Of a stretch of DNA of 64,000 bases, positions 1 through 12,215 are shown one piece after another; the stretch's first letter is position 1; every line of letters begins with the position of its first letter. Made by a program: the position numbers and the translations under genes. The notes beneath the pieces are model-generated. The model had not been told where the DNA came from. It made no database searches and saw only the letters and a list, made by a program, of their open reading frames with translations. Source of the stretch: Psammoneis japonica (lineage: Eukaryota); the NCBI GenBank assembly GCA_008632985.1, contig QPGO01000023.1, forward strand, positions 741,681 through 805,680, given 5' to 3'.

Positions 1-137
1 AGACGGAACGGCTTATTGATCCTGCCTGTCTGCCTGCCTCGCCTTGATCCTGCCTCGCCTCTGCCTTTTCCTTCGATTCCATTCAGTCACTGCCTCACAT
101 TTCTGGTCGTTATCTTCGTGATCGCACAAAGTTGTTA

Positions 138-1178
138 TCAGTCTGACTTCTTTCGCTTTGGAGAAAAGAAGTTCGTTATTGTGTTTTGAGGCTTCTTCGG
201 CGCGCATGGTATTGGTTCCTGCGCCAATGAATAGACTCGTTCCAACAGTTGATGAGCGTTCTTTGGCATGGCGGCCCAACCTTCACAAGTCGTGCCTAGT
301 TTCGCGATGGGCTCCAAGTCATTAAGCATAAAACAAAATACCGTCAATCCATCTTGTCGCCAGCTATGGATCTGAGTAGCTATGCGGTCAAGTTGCTCAG
401 GACTATAGTCGTAACGATGCTCGTCGTTCGAGCCGTGCAGTCTGATATACACAAAGTCAGCAGTGGATGGAGCCTCCTTTGCTATTGAAGCTAGGTCTTG
501 TAAGGAATACTGATCTCTGAACGAAGAGCCTAATGTGTTGTCGCCGCGGCCTGTGATGCTGGTGCCCTGTGTGTATCGCCCGACAGAGTTGGGATGATAG
601 ACCAAGGCCCAATTTTCTCGATGCAGCAAAGACCGTACTTCTTGATTGTTGTAGGTTGTAGCATTCCGAAACTCAAACGCTAAACGCCCCGTGTATTCAA
701 TTCTCTTGACCAGACTGGAAACGCTTTGCAGCTGCGATGTTGTCACGGCAAGGGATTGCGGACACTGAATCAAAACCACAACTTTCTCTGATAGCGTCTT
801 TGCACGTTGTAAGAAGATTTCCAATTCATCAATATTCAATTCCGTTTGATTTTCATGGGTTATTGTCTTTTTCGCCTTTAGAACAAATTGAAAGTTTGGT
901 GCAGCGTGACGCCTCCATTTTGCAATCGTTGCGTCAGTTGGAAGGCCATAAAACGTGCCGTTTATCTCGACGGAGTCAAAGTGCTGCTGATAGTAATTCA
1001 ATTGTCTTTCTGAATCATTACCGACCAATGTCTTGGGATAAAAGTTCCCTACCCAGTTAGAATTCGAAAAGCCGGCACAACCGCAGTGAAATCTACCCAA
1101 CGTAGCTGCCTCTGAACCTTTTGTTGTCGTTGATGGAGCTCTTGCTACGCCTTCAGGCTCAACTTCCTTACGTTTCAT
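138..1178 (-). CDS. DUF72 (YecE-like) domain protein
   Basis: 346-aa ORF with DUF72 motifs GCAGF..W.GNFYP, YYQQHFDSVEINGTFY, FVLKA..TITH, LIQCP, AFEFRN, YIRLHG. Confidence 0.9.
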   Translation of the reverse strand: MKRKEVEPEGVARAPSTTTKGSEAATLGRFHCGCAGFSNSNWVGNFYPKTLVGNDSERQLNYYQQHFDSVEINGTFYGLPTDATIAKWRRHAAPNFQFVLKAKKTITHENQTELNIDELEIFLQRAKTLSEKVVVLIQCPQSLAVTTSQLQSVSSLVKRIEYTGRLAFEFRNATTYNNQEVRSLLHRENWALVYHPNSVGRYTQGTSITGRGDNTLGSSFRDQYSLQDLASIAKEAPSTADFVYIRLHGSNDEHRYDYSPEQLDRIATQIHSWRQDGLTVFCFMLNDLEPIAKLGTTCEGWAAMPKNAHQLLERVYSLAQEPIPCAPKKPQNTITNFFSPKRKKSD

Positions 1179-2288
1179 GACGAATCACTCCAGTGAACGT
1201 TTTGTAAAGGTGTCCTTGAGATCAATGTTGGCATCCACAATCCACAACGTGAACTCGACCCAAGCTACAGTAAAGCCTTTATTTCTTTTATTTTTTTGAT
1301 GATGTGCACAGACTCGTTTCAGCGAGCATCCGACATCCGACAAAGATAAAGTGGCACGTTTCGCGCGTTTTGTGTCGCGCGCAATGTTTGGCAGTGCGTT
1401 ACGTTGTGGGGGACGTCTTCGGAAGTGAGACTGTCGAAGAAAGTTACGTAGAATTTGTACTAAAACAGTCTGTCAATCAGTGCGATTGGGTATTTGGGAC
1501 CTCTGGACAGATCCGACGTGTTTTCTTGTGCGTACAAATTGTACTGGAAAAAACCCCAAACGCACTGGCGATCAGACCGCCTTCGACGATCTCACTTCCA
1601 AAGACGCCCCCCAATTGTGAGTTGCGAGACAACGAACTGGAACCTGGAACAGCAAGAGCGTTATTATCGCTATCGTTATTCAGGTGTGTTGTGTTCCCCA
1701 TGGAACGGCATATCAGATGATTATGTGTTTCTATTTTCTAGTATATTGTTGTTGGAGCGTGAAATTTGGTTTTGGCATTGGTGTTGACAACGTCGCAATT
1801 CACGTAAAACGAACGCGCCGCACGGTACTTTTTGCAACTCGCTCGTCACCTCTTCATGTACTGTAGTTTTTTCGCATGTCGATTCCTTCTTTTTTGCGCT
1901 AACTATCTTGTTGCTTCTTTGCATAAAATCTTTGTTATCTCTTAAGCAGTCAAAGAATAAGGTCATAGCACAATATGGTATTTCAGGGACAAGACGCGTG
2001 GCGAAACCAATCCAAGTATTTGCACCTTTGGAAAGATCCTCTTCCTGGTTTTAGGCAGGCTGTGGTTGTCTATGGTATCTTTATGGGGTGTCAGTATGCA
2101 TACAAAGTGATGACCGCCCCACCCAAAATGAAATAGTCGTTTCAAGAAGGTCGTACACGGAGTTATTGATGGATTGGAAGTGAGCGCACCTGTTCACTTG
2201 TTCAAGCTGTTGCAGTAGCTAATCAGTCTGTTGCTACTTATTTATGGATACTTCGATAGCGCACTTTATCACGCAACATTAGCATTGC

Positions 2289-3769
2289 TTATTCGTCGTA
2301 ATCCTCGTCAGCTTCGCTAAATTCCCAAACTTGTTGCACCTGTCCATTCGCTGCGGCGCACGCAAGGGCTGATCCGACGCAACACGGATCCAAATAGAGC
2401 AGCGCAGGTTGACCCGCATTTGTCAATTCATTTACGCCAAAGCATGCCATCAAACCCACGGCATAGGCTGCTGTCCCTGCTGCAAAGTAGGAAATTGTTT
2501 TTGGCTGCAAGACTTGATCGAGCTTGTACATGAATCGAACAAATAGGCCGGGAACAACCACATCTCCAAGTCCCAGAACCGAGAATGGATAATTCCGCTC
2601 GGGTGATGGGGGTGCAGTGTATAGCTAAAAGGAGCAACAAACAACAGAGCTTCGTCAGTTTCAGTAATCCGGCAAAGGTAGCAAAGGTCAAGGAGCGTAC
2701 TTACAAATTTGATTGGAGCTTCAACCTTTGTTGCTACAGTCATCATGACGTCCGTTCCAAAGACCCAGAAGATGTCATAGAAGAAAAGCCCTCCCAAGAG
2801 GAGTGCGCCCGTTTGAAACGAACCGAGCGAAATGGACCCGAGCGATACCATGGCCAGAGCCCACGCAAGGACATTGGAGACAACGAATTTCTGTGCCATG
2901 GCAACCGGCGAGAGGTAAATGGCTGCAAACAACAAACCAATTGCCAAGGTTGACAGCCCATCAAGGGGTAGAGTAGGAGGGTCCAATTTGAGTGCCTTTG
3001 CAAGCTTGGGTGGAACTGTGACTTCAGCTTGGGCAAACGACTCTGGTAAAACGTTTCTTAGAATCGGCACGGCTGCGTCGGAAAGGGCCACTGCTCCAAA
3101 GAGCGTAGCTCCAATAGCATAGAGTCCAGTTGGATCAATACCCACCTTGAGCAGCAAATACAAGATACCAATCGCAAAGGACGCACCGAGGGGAGCATAC
3201 AATGCATTCTTTCTCGATACAATATCCGGATCATCCAAGGCAATTTGTCGTCCCCCGACATAGACTGTCGAAACAGCAATAAAGAAGAAATATATAATGG
3301 AAAAGATCCTGTCCGTTCCAAGAAGCGGAAGGAACTGTAGAGCAAGGAGAACTAGATACGGGAAGAAATCCTGGCGAACTTGTTTCTGGCGAAGAATCTC
3401 GCCTTGTGCGAGTAACTCTCGTCGTTCTATTTCAAGTTCACGATCGGTCCTTGTCTCCACTTTTTCTTGGTCCGAACCAAAGAGAGAAAACAAGGATTCA
3501 AACGGATTTTCGGGTTCATTCTCATTTCCTTGTGTTGAAGCTTGGAGCACTTTTTCTTGGGTGTTAGCGTCATTTCCCCACAAACAGAGCGCAGTATGCC
3601 GTTTCCCGGCGGATGATAATGTTCTTTGAAAATCATGGGATTTCGAAAAGTAATAATGAGGATGGAATTTTGGTTGCGGAGAAAAGGAGGCAACAAAGTA
3701 ATCCTCTCTCAAAAGAGCAGCCGCGGTGACCAGCGCAAACCCGACTGAGGATCTAGTGGTACATGTCAT
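2289..3769 (-). CDS. Signal peptide peptidase-like aspartic protease (A22B), 2 exons (intron 2704-2625), putative plastid presequence
   Basis: YDIFWVFGT, LGLGDVVVPG (restored by the GT-AG splice) and GQPALLYL motifs; multiple TM segments; N-terminal hydrophobic stretch followed by VASFSP. Confidence 0.88.
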
Positions 3770-5513
3770 TGTCGCACGACGAAGCGAGAAAAGGAAAAAT
3801 AAATGAGTGAGTGGTGCGAGTGACGCCGACTTGAACTTGAACCTTCGTCGATTCCACGCGTTTTCGCGCCAAATTGACATTCGATTACCTGGATTAACAC
3901 TTGAGAATGATGATGCTGGTGACCAAACCCGCCCAAAGAGCTATTGTTATTGTACAGTATATGTGTGTCCTCGATCGCCTCAAGCGTTTTGGGTTTGTTG
4001 TTTGTGCAAGATGATGTCCGTTTGTCTCTCTCGTCTCAACCCGAGCTCACCAGGATCGAACTGCACCATGGGAAGAAGCAGAGCCAGTTGGAAACAAGTT
4101 TCGCATTGCGCATTGCTCATGTCACTCGTTCGGGTGCGAGACCAACTTGCCGGTACTGAACGCATGCAATGTTCATCCACTGAAGCATTGAGCGAACCAC
4201 CCTGACTCCGATTCGTCGACGTTTGGGAGGAAAGTGTCGGTGGTCGGGAGTGACGATGTTTCGTCTTTTGTTCGGATGTTCATGCTGTGAGCGAAGCTTC
4301 CAGCTCAGGTTCAGATACAGACAGTCTCTCGACTACGGGCGACGATTTCAACTCCACGACGTGTGAGGTTGACAAGCACAGTGGTGTAGTAAGCCGCACT
4401 GAAACAATGGATGTGCACGTCCTTCGAACTCATGGGAAGCAAGTGCCGACGATTGAAGATGTGAGCGTTTCTACCAACGTGTCCTCTGGACGGATACTCC
4501 GCACTTTCAAGGACTGTCAGTTTTCGTATCAGTTTGTGAGTGAGATTGCAGCCACCGCAAGAAAGTTCAGGGACGCCGCAGCGCCGAGGTGTTGTGTCTC
4601 AAGAACCGATGCCTCAGGGCATTCCTTAAGGAGCAGGCCCAGTCTGCTCAGGGAAACCGCAAGCGTCGCGCCGAGGATCAATCTCCAGCTGAACGTCGAT
4701 CCAAGAATCTTCGTGAGAGCCCCACTCTGTGGAGGAAAGCTTGCCGCGAGGCGTCTACCTGCTTTGACGAGGGTCTACCCAGCCTGGAAGAGGCCGCGCA
4801 CCTATTTGGCTACCTCAAGTCGCGTAGCTAGCAGGCTTGTATGCTACCATGGCTAGTGAAGCTACTTGCGTGGCCTGGGGGGCTGCATCACGAGTTTTCG
4901 AGCGGTAAGGAAGTACCACAAGTTTTGGGAATCGGATGAGAGATGCGTCGGCAGAGGGGGGAAGGTCAATGCCCATCTTTTGGTTAACCTACATGAATGT
5001 ATCTGCTGCATGTCGTTGGCGAAGAAGCATCACGTCTTTACGGTTTCCTCCTTTTTTTTTGATCGCATGCATTACTACCCTCTCCAAGATGCGGCTCTTG
5101 CAATAGACAACATACACATCAACGAGTCAATTTCATCATGTTCACACATTATAGAATATTTGATCTCAATAGATACTAACTACAGCTAACATTATATTGC
5201 ATCAAACTAACAACGTTAATAGTTAATATGGGAAGCCCGTACCATGTCAAGCTGGGTCTATGCGAGTCGCACAACTTCTTCTACAGTACTCAAAAGACAA
5301 AGGTTTTCTTCACAAATAATTTGTATTATATGCAGTGAGAAGTCATCAATTCCAATTTCGTCCAACAGGCAAAACGCTTTCCGCAGCAGCTACACTAGTA
5401 GCTAGCACAGCTGCAACTACGTGAGATGCGCCTCTCGCAATATTGGCCGAGAGAAAGGATCAACCAATAATTTCCTCTCACTTATGACTGGGTTGAAATT
5501 CCCGGCGAGTTAT

Positions 5514-7641
5514 TCAATGAACTTGCCGCGATTTGGATCGCTTGCCTTTCTTTCCTCCCTTACCCCTGGCACTCCTGCAGACGGGGTTATTGCGGCCCTT
5601 TCTACCACCCTTTCCACCGCCGCTCCTTGTACTGCGTCTTTGTCTGACACTGCTCCTTCTGCGGCTGGTCTTTGCTCTACTGCTCCTTCCGGGGCTGCTC
5701 TTTTTCCCTTTTTTCTTGAGACAACCGGGCAACGTGAAGCTCCCAATACGGCTATTCCAAAATGGAAAGTCTTGATTTTCTTCATTTGTTTGCTCAAGCG
5801 GAATATAATTGTTAGTGTACCAAAAGGTACAGTCATCCACTGGGTCAATGTTGAGCGAGGAGTAGTCCCCCCAGCGAGGTAATTCTACTTGCGCAGCTAA
5901 TCCTGTGGCCAAAACGGCTTCGCCAAGACTCATCTTGTTTAAGGGGTCATCGAGAAGACGACCCGTGTACTGAATTCCTGGATATCCAGTTACTTCATCC
6001 TCCGGATCAGTGACACTGTACCCCATCGCAATGTTGCCAGCACCGTCTTGAGCCACACTGCCCATCCAACGATTCTTCCCATCATCCGGAGAAAAAGTGC
6101 TCTGCTGATGAATCGTGTACTCGCCATCAACCCTACGGATCTCATACCACCGCATACCAGCTTGAAGGTAACAAATAACAACATGTTAGACAACATGTTG
6201 ACAATCGAGAAGGCAGTGGAAATGACGAATCAGCTGTTACTCACCTTTGTTCTCCCTCGCCTTGACTGTCGAAGACACGACCATCGACTCAAGGCAGCCG
6301 AAGTTACGATACGCAAAGCGATACATCGTCAGAGTCGTAATTGCATCCAACTTTTGTCCCCCACCCGGCTGGTCGATGCATTCTCGAGTAAAAGTTGGGC
6401 ATAAATCAACAGCGAACGATGCAACCTCGAGGGATTCCTTCACGACTAACGTGGCATCACCAACATTGCTCCAATCCACCATTAATTCCCAGATATTCAG
6501 TCCATCAAAATCATTGTAAGAAAAAAGATCATCCTGCTCTGAGACAAGGGGTGCAGGTGTCCCTGGTGGTGGAAGGTTGTCGCCATCAATATCGGGAGGG
6601 AGAATGCTAAGTCCGTCGCCGATTTTAAACCCATCTGGTCCATCAAATTGTTCCTGAGAGAATCTCACTACACCGGGATTTTGATCTCCTGCCACCATTT
6701 TGCTTTTTTCCAAGGCATAAACACTGACACCAAAGTAGTCGCCAAGGCCAAAGTCTCGTGTAGTCAAAATGTACGAGTCTCTCCAAACACCATACTTTGG
6801 ATAGTCTGGAAAAATTCCAAATCCTTGAACGTCTGGATCGTCTTGCGATTGGAATGCATACAAGTTGTAGTCACCAAGAGGATCTCCAGTCCTGGATATT
6901 GCAAAACAGTTGTAATAGAATGGACCTGTTATTGTGAACTGAGTCAAGAGCCATCGATCTTCAAACTGGTCGTACAGAACAATCGGGTCGCCGTTGTTAC
7001 CGGCACAGTCCGGCACAGAAAACCCACGCCACAGATCACCAAGTGCGGTAGGCTGCTTCAGTATATTTCCTTTTTTGTCCCAGATAGCAAAGGCAACATT
7101 CATCATTTGAACATAGTGATTCGGACCAACGTCACCTACTGGATCAGCAGGAGTTGTTTCGATGCCCGCAACATTTCTGTTGTCGGTTTGGTTGAGGCCC
7201 TCAAAAGAAAGCAGTGGATCGCGGATACCAAATGCACCCTCTCCCAAGTCAATCGCGCCATCTTCGTCCATCTTGAAGTTATCAGCCTTGTCACCAGGAA
7301 CGAAGTCCCACAGGGGGTAGGGGCGATAGCCGAGAGATTCGGTGCTATCATCGGTGCCAACTTTAGAGAGGTCACGGTTGTGCTTGATGGGTGGAAGATC
7401 GCGAACTTGCTTTGAGACTCCGGAAGCAATGATTTCAACTTTTCTTCCCTTCAAAGCTCGACCTTTGGTGTTTCCTGCAGAAATCGGAGGCAAAGCGAGA
7501 TAAGATCACGTGAGCTGCGTTTTATTTCCAGGAACGAATGGTGGCGGATACCGTGTTTCAATACTCACCGCTTTCGCGCGAGAAGACAATAGCATCCTTG
7601 GAGAAGGATAAGAGAGTAAGGAGAAGTGGGGCAAACCTCAT
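5514..7641 (-). CDS. Secreted protein of an uncharacterised bacterial-type family, 3 exons (introns 7568-7475 and 6244-6161)
   Basis: Signal-like start MRFAPLLLTLLSFS; both GT-AG introns join the ORFs in frame; motifs PADPVGDVGPNHYVQM, GDPIVLYDQFEDRW, FPDYPKYGVW, RWGDYSSLNIDPVDDCTFWYT; basic C-terminal tail. Confidence 0.8.
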
Positions 7642-8022
7642 GTTAGGGGCGCTTTTATTTTTTCCCAAACGGCAAATTGTGAGCAAGCAGTGTGGGAGCC
7701 ATTTTCTCTTTACTGTAGGGGGCATGCCAAATGCATTTATCCAAAATTGTATATATTCATTGGACACATACGAGTTAGTGCTTTGGTACATCTTTTACAG
7801 AGAAACAATTTAGTATAGGATTTATTGAATTAAGAAATGTCAAGTATCGGTTTTTTGATATTTAACGTTATGTTATGTATATACAACATGAAGGTCGAAA
7901 TACAGTAAACAACCCAAACGAAGGAACACAAATATACATAAATATGCATATTGACATACCATAGCTTCGTGCCTCGACGATAACAACATGATGATAGCCC
8001 TACTGGTTTGCGGGGGTGCAAG

Positions 8023-9294
8023 ATGATCTCCAATCGTCTCCTCACGTCGAATGCTAGCAAAAGGGCATTCGAACACTTGGGAAGCACCAGGAATGCGGCG
8101 TACATCTCTGCCGTAGCGGAGGATCGAATTACAACAGAGATTGATTCGAGTGGCGTTGCTCATGTGAAGCTTTCGCGACCCAACAAACTGAACGCGTTAG
8201 ATTTATCCATGTTTGAAAGCATTGCGCAAACTGCGGCCTCTCTTCGAACTGACACTTCTTTAAGAGCGGTGATTCTAAGTGGAGAAGGAAAAGGTATGTT
8301 GTAGGAAGGGAGAAATTGACCCAAAAATTAGTGATTACTGCGTTGGATTCATTCTCACTGATGCTTTCACTTGCTCACAATTTCAACCCCATTTTCGAAA
8401 AAGCTTTCTGTACTGGGCTAGATGTGGTAAGACTGTATTTTCCGCCCTGAATTTTGAACTTGTGATGGTAGTCTCTTTTGCTCTTTCTCAATGTCACAAA
8501 CATGATTGTTCGTAGAAAACCATACTGAAAGACTCTCCAAAGAAAACTATGGAACGTTTGTTGGAACGACCGTCAGGATATGGAGAAAAAGGAAACTTGG
8601 CTCAAGACGTTGCGTACCTTTGGAGAGATCTTCCGGTGCCTGTAGTAGCAGTGTTGCACGGAATGTGTTTCGGAGGTGGTAAGTTTTCGTGTACCGCCGT
8701 TGGTCCCCCCGACGCAGGGAACGATGGCGAACTAACATTGCACACTGACCTTTACGAAAGGAATGCAAATCGCACTTGGGGCAGATTTTCGCTTTGCGAC
8801 ACCAGATTGTAAACTGTCGATAATGGAAGCGAAATGGGGATTGATACCTGACATGTCGATAAGTGTAACGTTGAGAGAGTTAGTTCCCATTGATGTTGCC
8901 AAGGAACTCACAATGACGGGAAGGATATTGGAGGCAACAGAGGCGGCTAAGCTTGGCTTAGTCACTCGAGTTGTAGAAGATCCCATGGATGAAGCTACGA
9001 AGCTAGTTAAGGACATCGTTGCCAGGTACGCCTCTAGTGTGTGCTTTGTTCGCTTCGTACTTGGTGTCAGAAACCGATGTCTGACTCTTCTTGTTGTGAA
9101 CATACTCCAGGTCTCCAGATTCAATTGCGTTGACAAAAGAATTGTATCAGAAGACATGGGTAGCTCCCGAGGAATACTGTTTAGAAGTAGAAACAGAATT
9201 ACAACGAAAGCTACTCGTCTCTTGGAATCAGATTGCTGCATCCGCGCGGAACTTTGGTGCCAACCTTCCATATTTTCGACGAAAAGACAGGTAG
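8023..9294 (+). CDS. Enoyl-CoA hydratase/isomerase (crotonase superfamily), multi-exon
   Basis: LSRPNKLNALD, VILSGEGK|AFCTGLD, GMCFGGG|MQIALGADFR, MEAKWGLIPD; exons separated by GT-AG introns; stop TAG at 9292-9294. Confidence 0.9.
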
Positions 9295-9655
9295 CAAAGA
9301 TTGTCACAACCATAGTAGAAGACAGAATACATTATCATCTAGAATACGAAAACGTATAATCGCATCAATCAGGTGATAATGTTAAAGCCTAAAACGTATA
9401 TTTTTATAGTTTCTTGTAGTTTAAAATTCAATTGTTTGAAAGAAAACAGTGCGATCTTCAACTTGAGATGTTCTTCGGGCGGTGGATCCTTGAATAGTAG
9501 GAATAGCTAACCAGAAGCCCAATGAACGAAGATCGATGCATGTAGGCGGACTTGATTTTTTTAGTTTTTGTTGAGCCCGATGATATTTTTTTGTAGTTTT
9601 CGATAGAAGGTTTGCACAGTCAGAATGAACGTGTAATGATGGTCGAAGGTGTCTA

Positions 9656-11194
9656 TCAGCCAACAGCACATCGCACGACACCTGGGTCGGCTTGGAGGAG
9701 TTCAAAGATTGTAGATACTTGCCTCGTAGCCGGACCAATCTCTGCAGACGGTGAATCCATTAATCGCGACGGCTTCGAGGAAAGAAGGCGGCTTCGCCAT
9801 TCGAGCGCTTTACCAGTAGTTGCTGGCTTGATTTCTGAAGTGGAGCGCTCAATCAAAGGGTTTTGATTCTCAGCAGCATCCAAATGGTTCTCAGCCGATG
9901 CTGCCAACAAGGCAGGATACAAGCCTGAAGAGTGGTCCCGGGAGTTTATGAGTCCGGGCGCAACGCGAAAGAGAAGCTCCACGCCTGATTCCCAACTCTT
10001 GCCAGTCGCAAGAGCAATCATAAGTGGAGATTGACCCTCCCGGTCAACAGCACTTGCTGCTTGTGGGTAGGCTTCAAGAAGAAGTTTAATGATCGTTTCA
10101 GAGCGCTCGGGGGTCACTTGTGTAAGCGATGCCGCAATTGCCAGTGGAAGACGGCCATCTTCATCGGTGTGTCTCACTTGCTCCGGGTATCTCTCCAGGA
10201 GAATTGGTAATAGCTTGTTGGGCAAGTAAGCATCCAATGTGACGGCGGCGTGGACTAGTCGAAAGGCCCGCTGCTCAGTGGGACCAGAGTCGGCTTGGAT
10301 AAGTCGAGACAGTAATGCATCGGTTCTTGAGGTACCAGTTCTGGTGTTCTGGGATACGTGCCATTGGAAGGCGGCTTCCAAGAGAAGAACCGCCTTTTCC
10401 CAGACACGACCTTGAGAATGTCGAGTCCTGAGTTGAGAGAGAGCAGCGGTCCAAATTGAATACAGAGGAGTACGATCCTGATAACGAGGTCGCTGTAGTC
10501 CTTGCGTTCTGGTGGCATCGTTGCCGATGTGGCTTGGAGGTACGCATGGGGTTAATGCCATGCCACGATCTGCTTGAACAAGAGTACGGAGCACTTCAAT
10601 TCCTGCATCTTTGGTTGCAGCGTGGTAGAGTGGAGTACGCCCATACTTATCTTGCATGCAAATAGCAGGTGGGTATGCCTCGAGAAGACTTGCTACCACC
10701 ATCGGTGAGGCCCCATAGTGAGCAGCAAAGTGAAGAGCAGTCGATCCCTCGCTGTCGACTCGACGAGCTGCCTTTGGGTAAGCTTCGAGCAGGGCTCTGA
10801 CCACAGAGGGCGGAGGACCTCCACTGCAAGCCCAGTGTAGCGGCATCAATCCGTCCGCGTCTCTTCCTTTTGCTTCCTTGGTAGTTAAGTGGAGGCGTTG
10901 TTCTATAAGACCCCAGCGTTGCATTCTTGCCATATCAATTAACGAGGGCTGAAGCATTCGTCGTGATGTCTTCCTTTTCTTCTTCTTTTGCTGGACCCCT
11001 TGATCATGAGTCAAAGGCTCAGTGTTTTGTGTCGAGGTGTCAGTCGTGGTCCCTACCATAACCTCATTCGTTTCAGTCGCGCACCCCCACGACTGCACCA
11101 GAGAGACGCTGCCCTCCGAGGAAGGTTCCTCCACAGTCTCTGAAACCGTTGCGGCTGGCCTTCGTCTTCGATAAAAGGGAAGTGGTGGTGGCAT
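9656..11194 (-). CDS. Ankyrin-repeat protein
   Basis: Repeats DGLMPLHWAC, EGSTALHFAA, YGRTPLYHAA, DGRLPLAIAA, EGQSPLMIAL, with LLEAYP.AA spacers; the ORF is open to 11587, so the start is uncertain. Confidence 0.85.
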   Translation of the reverse strand: MPPPLPFYRRRRPAATVSETVEEPSSEGSVSLVQSWGCATETNEVMVGTTTDTSTQNTEPLTHDQGVQQKKKKRKTSRRMLQPSLIDMARMQRWGLIEQRLHLTTKEAKGRDADGLMPLHWACSGGPPPSVVRALLEAYPKAARRVDSEGSTALHFAAHYGASPMVVASLLEAYPPAICMQDKYGRTPLYHAATKDAGIEVLRTLVQADRGMALTPCVPPSHIGNDATRTQGLQRPRYQDRTPLYSIWTAALSQLRTRHSQGRVWEKAVLLLEAAFQWHVSQNTRTGTSRTDALLSRLIQADSGPTEQRAFRLVHAAVTLDAYLPNKLLPILLERYPEQVRHTDEDGRLPLAIAASLTQVTPERSETIIKLLLEAYPQAASAVDREGQSPLMIALATGKSWESGVELLFRVAPGLINSRDHSSGLYPALLAASAENHLDAAENQNPLIERSTSEIKPATTGKALEWRSRLLSSKPSRLMDSPSAEIGPATRQVSTIFELLQADPGVVRCAVG

Positions 11195-12215
11195 GGAGCA
11201 AATGAGGCGAGAAATGGGGCACTGATCATTTTTGTTCTTCTTGTCGGCGGCAAGTTTCCGCCTGCGTTTCTGGCAGTGATAGAATCGAGCAAAGCGACAG
11301 TGCGAGTCACCCATCGTTTTGCAGTGCTTCTTCCAGCACCAGTTGCTCTGCCAGATACTATCATCACTATTCCTCGACATTAAGGACATGATAATGTGAT
11401 AGGCAGCAGTCATTGCGAACCAGAAGATCATGGCATTGCGGGCGTTGCCCTGGTCGATGCAATTCACGAATGGAAATTTGCATGCTTGCGAGCCATCATT
11501 TACCGCCATCACAGCGTTCACTATCATCTCACAAGAAGACAGCATGGTTTCATTATAAGTTTCGACGCGTTGTACAGTAGTCGTCAATGCGATGATGTAT
11601 GGATTCAGATCAATGAGTTGTCGCTCATCAAGATGTACGTTGGTTTGACATCAATCTTCGCCAACACCACGTGTCTTTTTGGTCTTTTGTCACAAGTCGT
11701 GTGCGCCTTGGAGCTCTGCCGCTTTCTTTCCTGTTCCTCCATCGGCACTTTTCAGAACTTGCCGCCGACAATTACGTACGTAGAGACCAGTATAAGACGT
11801 ATGCAGCATTTATGGTCTTTGAAAATAGGACCCGGAAAGAGTGCTTGGGCTGGTTTTGTTTTGGCGCGCCGCGGGGAACGGGGAACAGCATCGACTGGCG
11901 TCATTCGACGATTGGCCACGCAATGCAAGAAGCTCATAGTAGTCCCACAATTTTCCAATACGAGCTTCTATATCTTATCCAAAAAAAAGGCGCAGCTCCC
12001 TTTTGTTCTGTCTACCGTACGACTGAAGCAAACCATAACCATAAACATTAGTCCACAGAATATGATGTTTGCGGCTGATAACAGGATCAACTATCTTCGC
12101 GATTCTACCCAACCAATTGGGCTGATTTACTGAGTAACTCAGCAGGATAGGAAACTACTTCTTCTTTTCCTACGTAACCCATAGTCCTACTTGTACTTCT
12201 CATTACCCGCAATCT

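Noticed and set aside
1304..2145. Short ORFs between the DUF72 and SPP genes
   Set aside because: No motifs, mostly non-ATG starts, and mutually overlapping.
4287..4856. ORFs 4287-4856 and 4589-4831 as a gene
   Set aside because: Partly protein-like, but there is no recognisable domain and I could not build an in-frame splice model.
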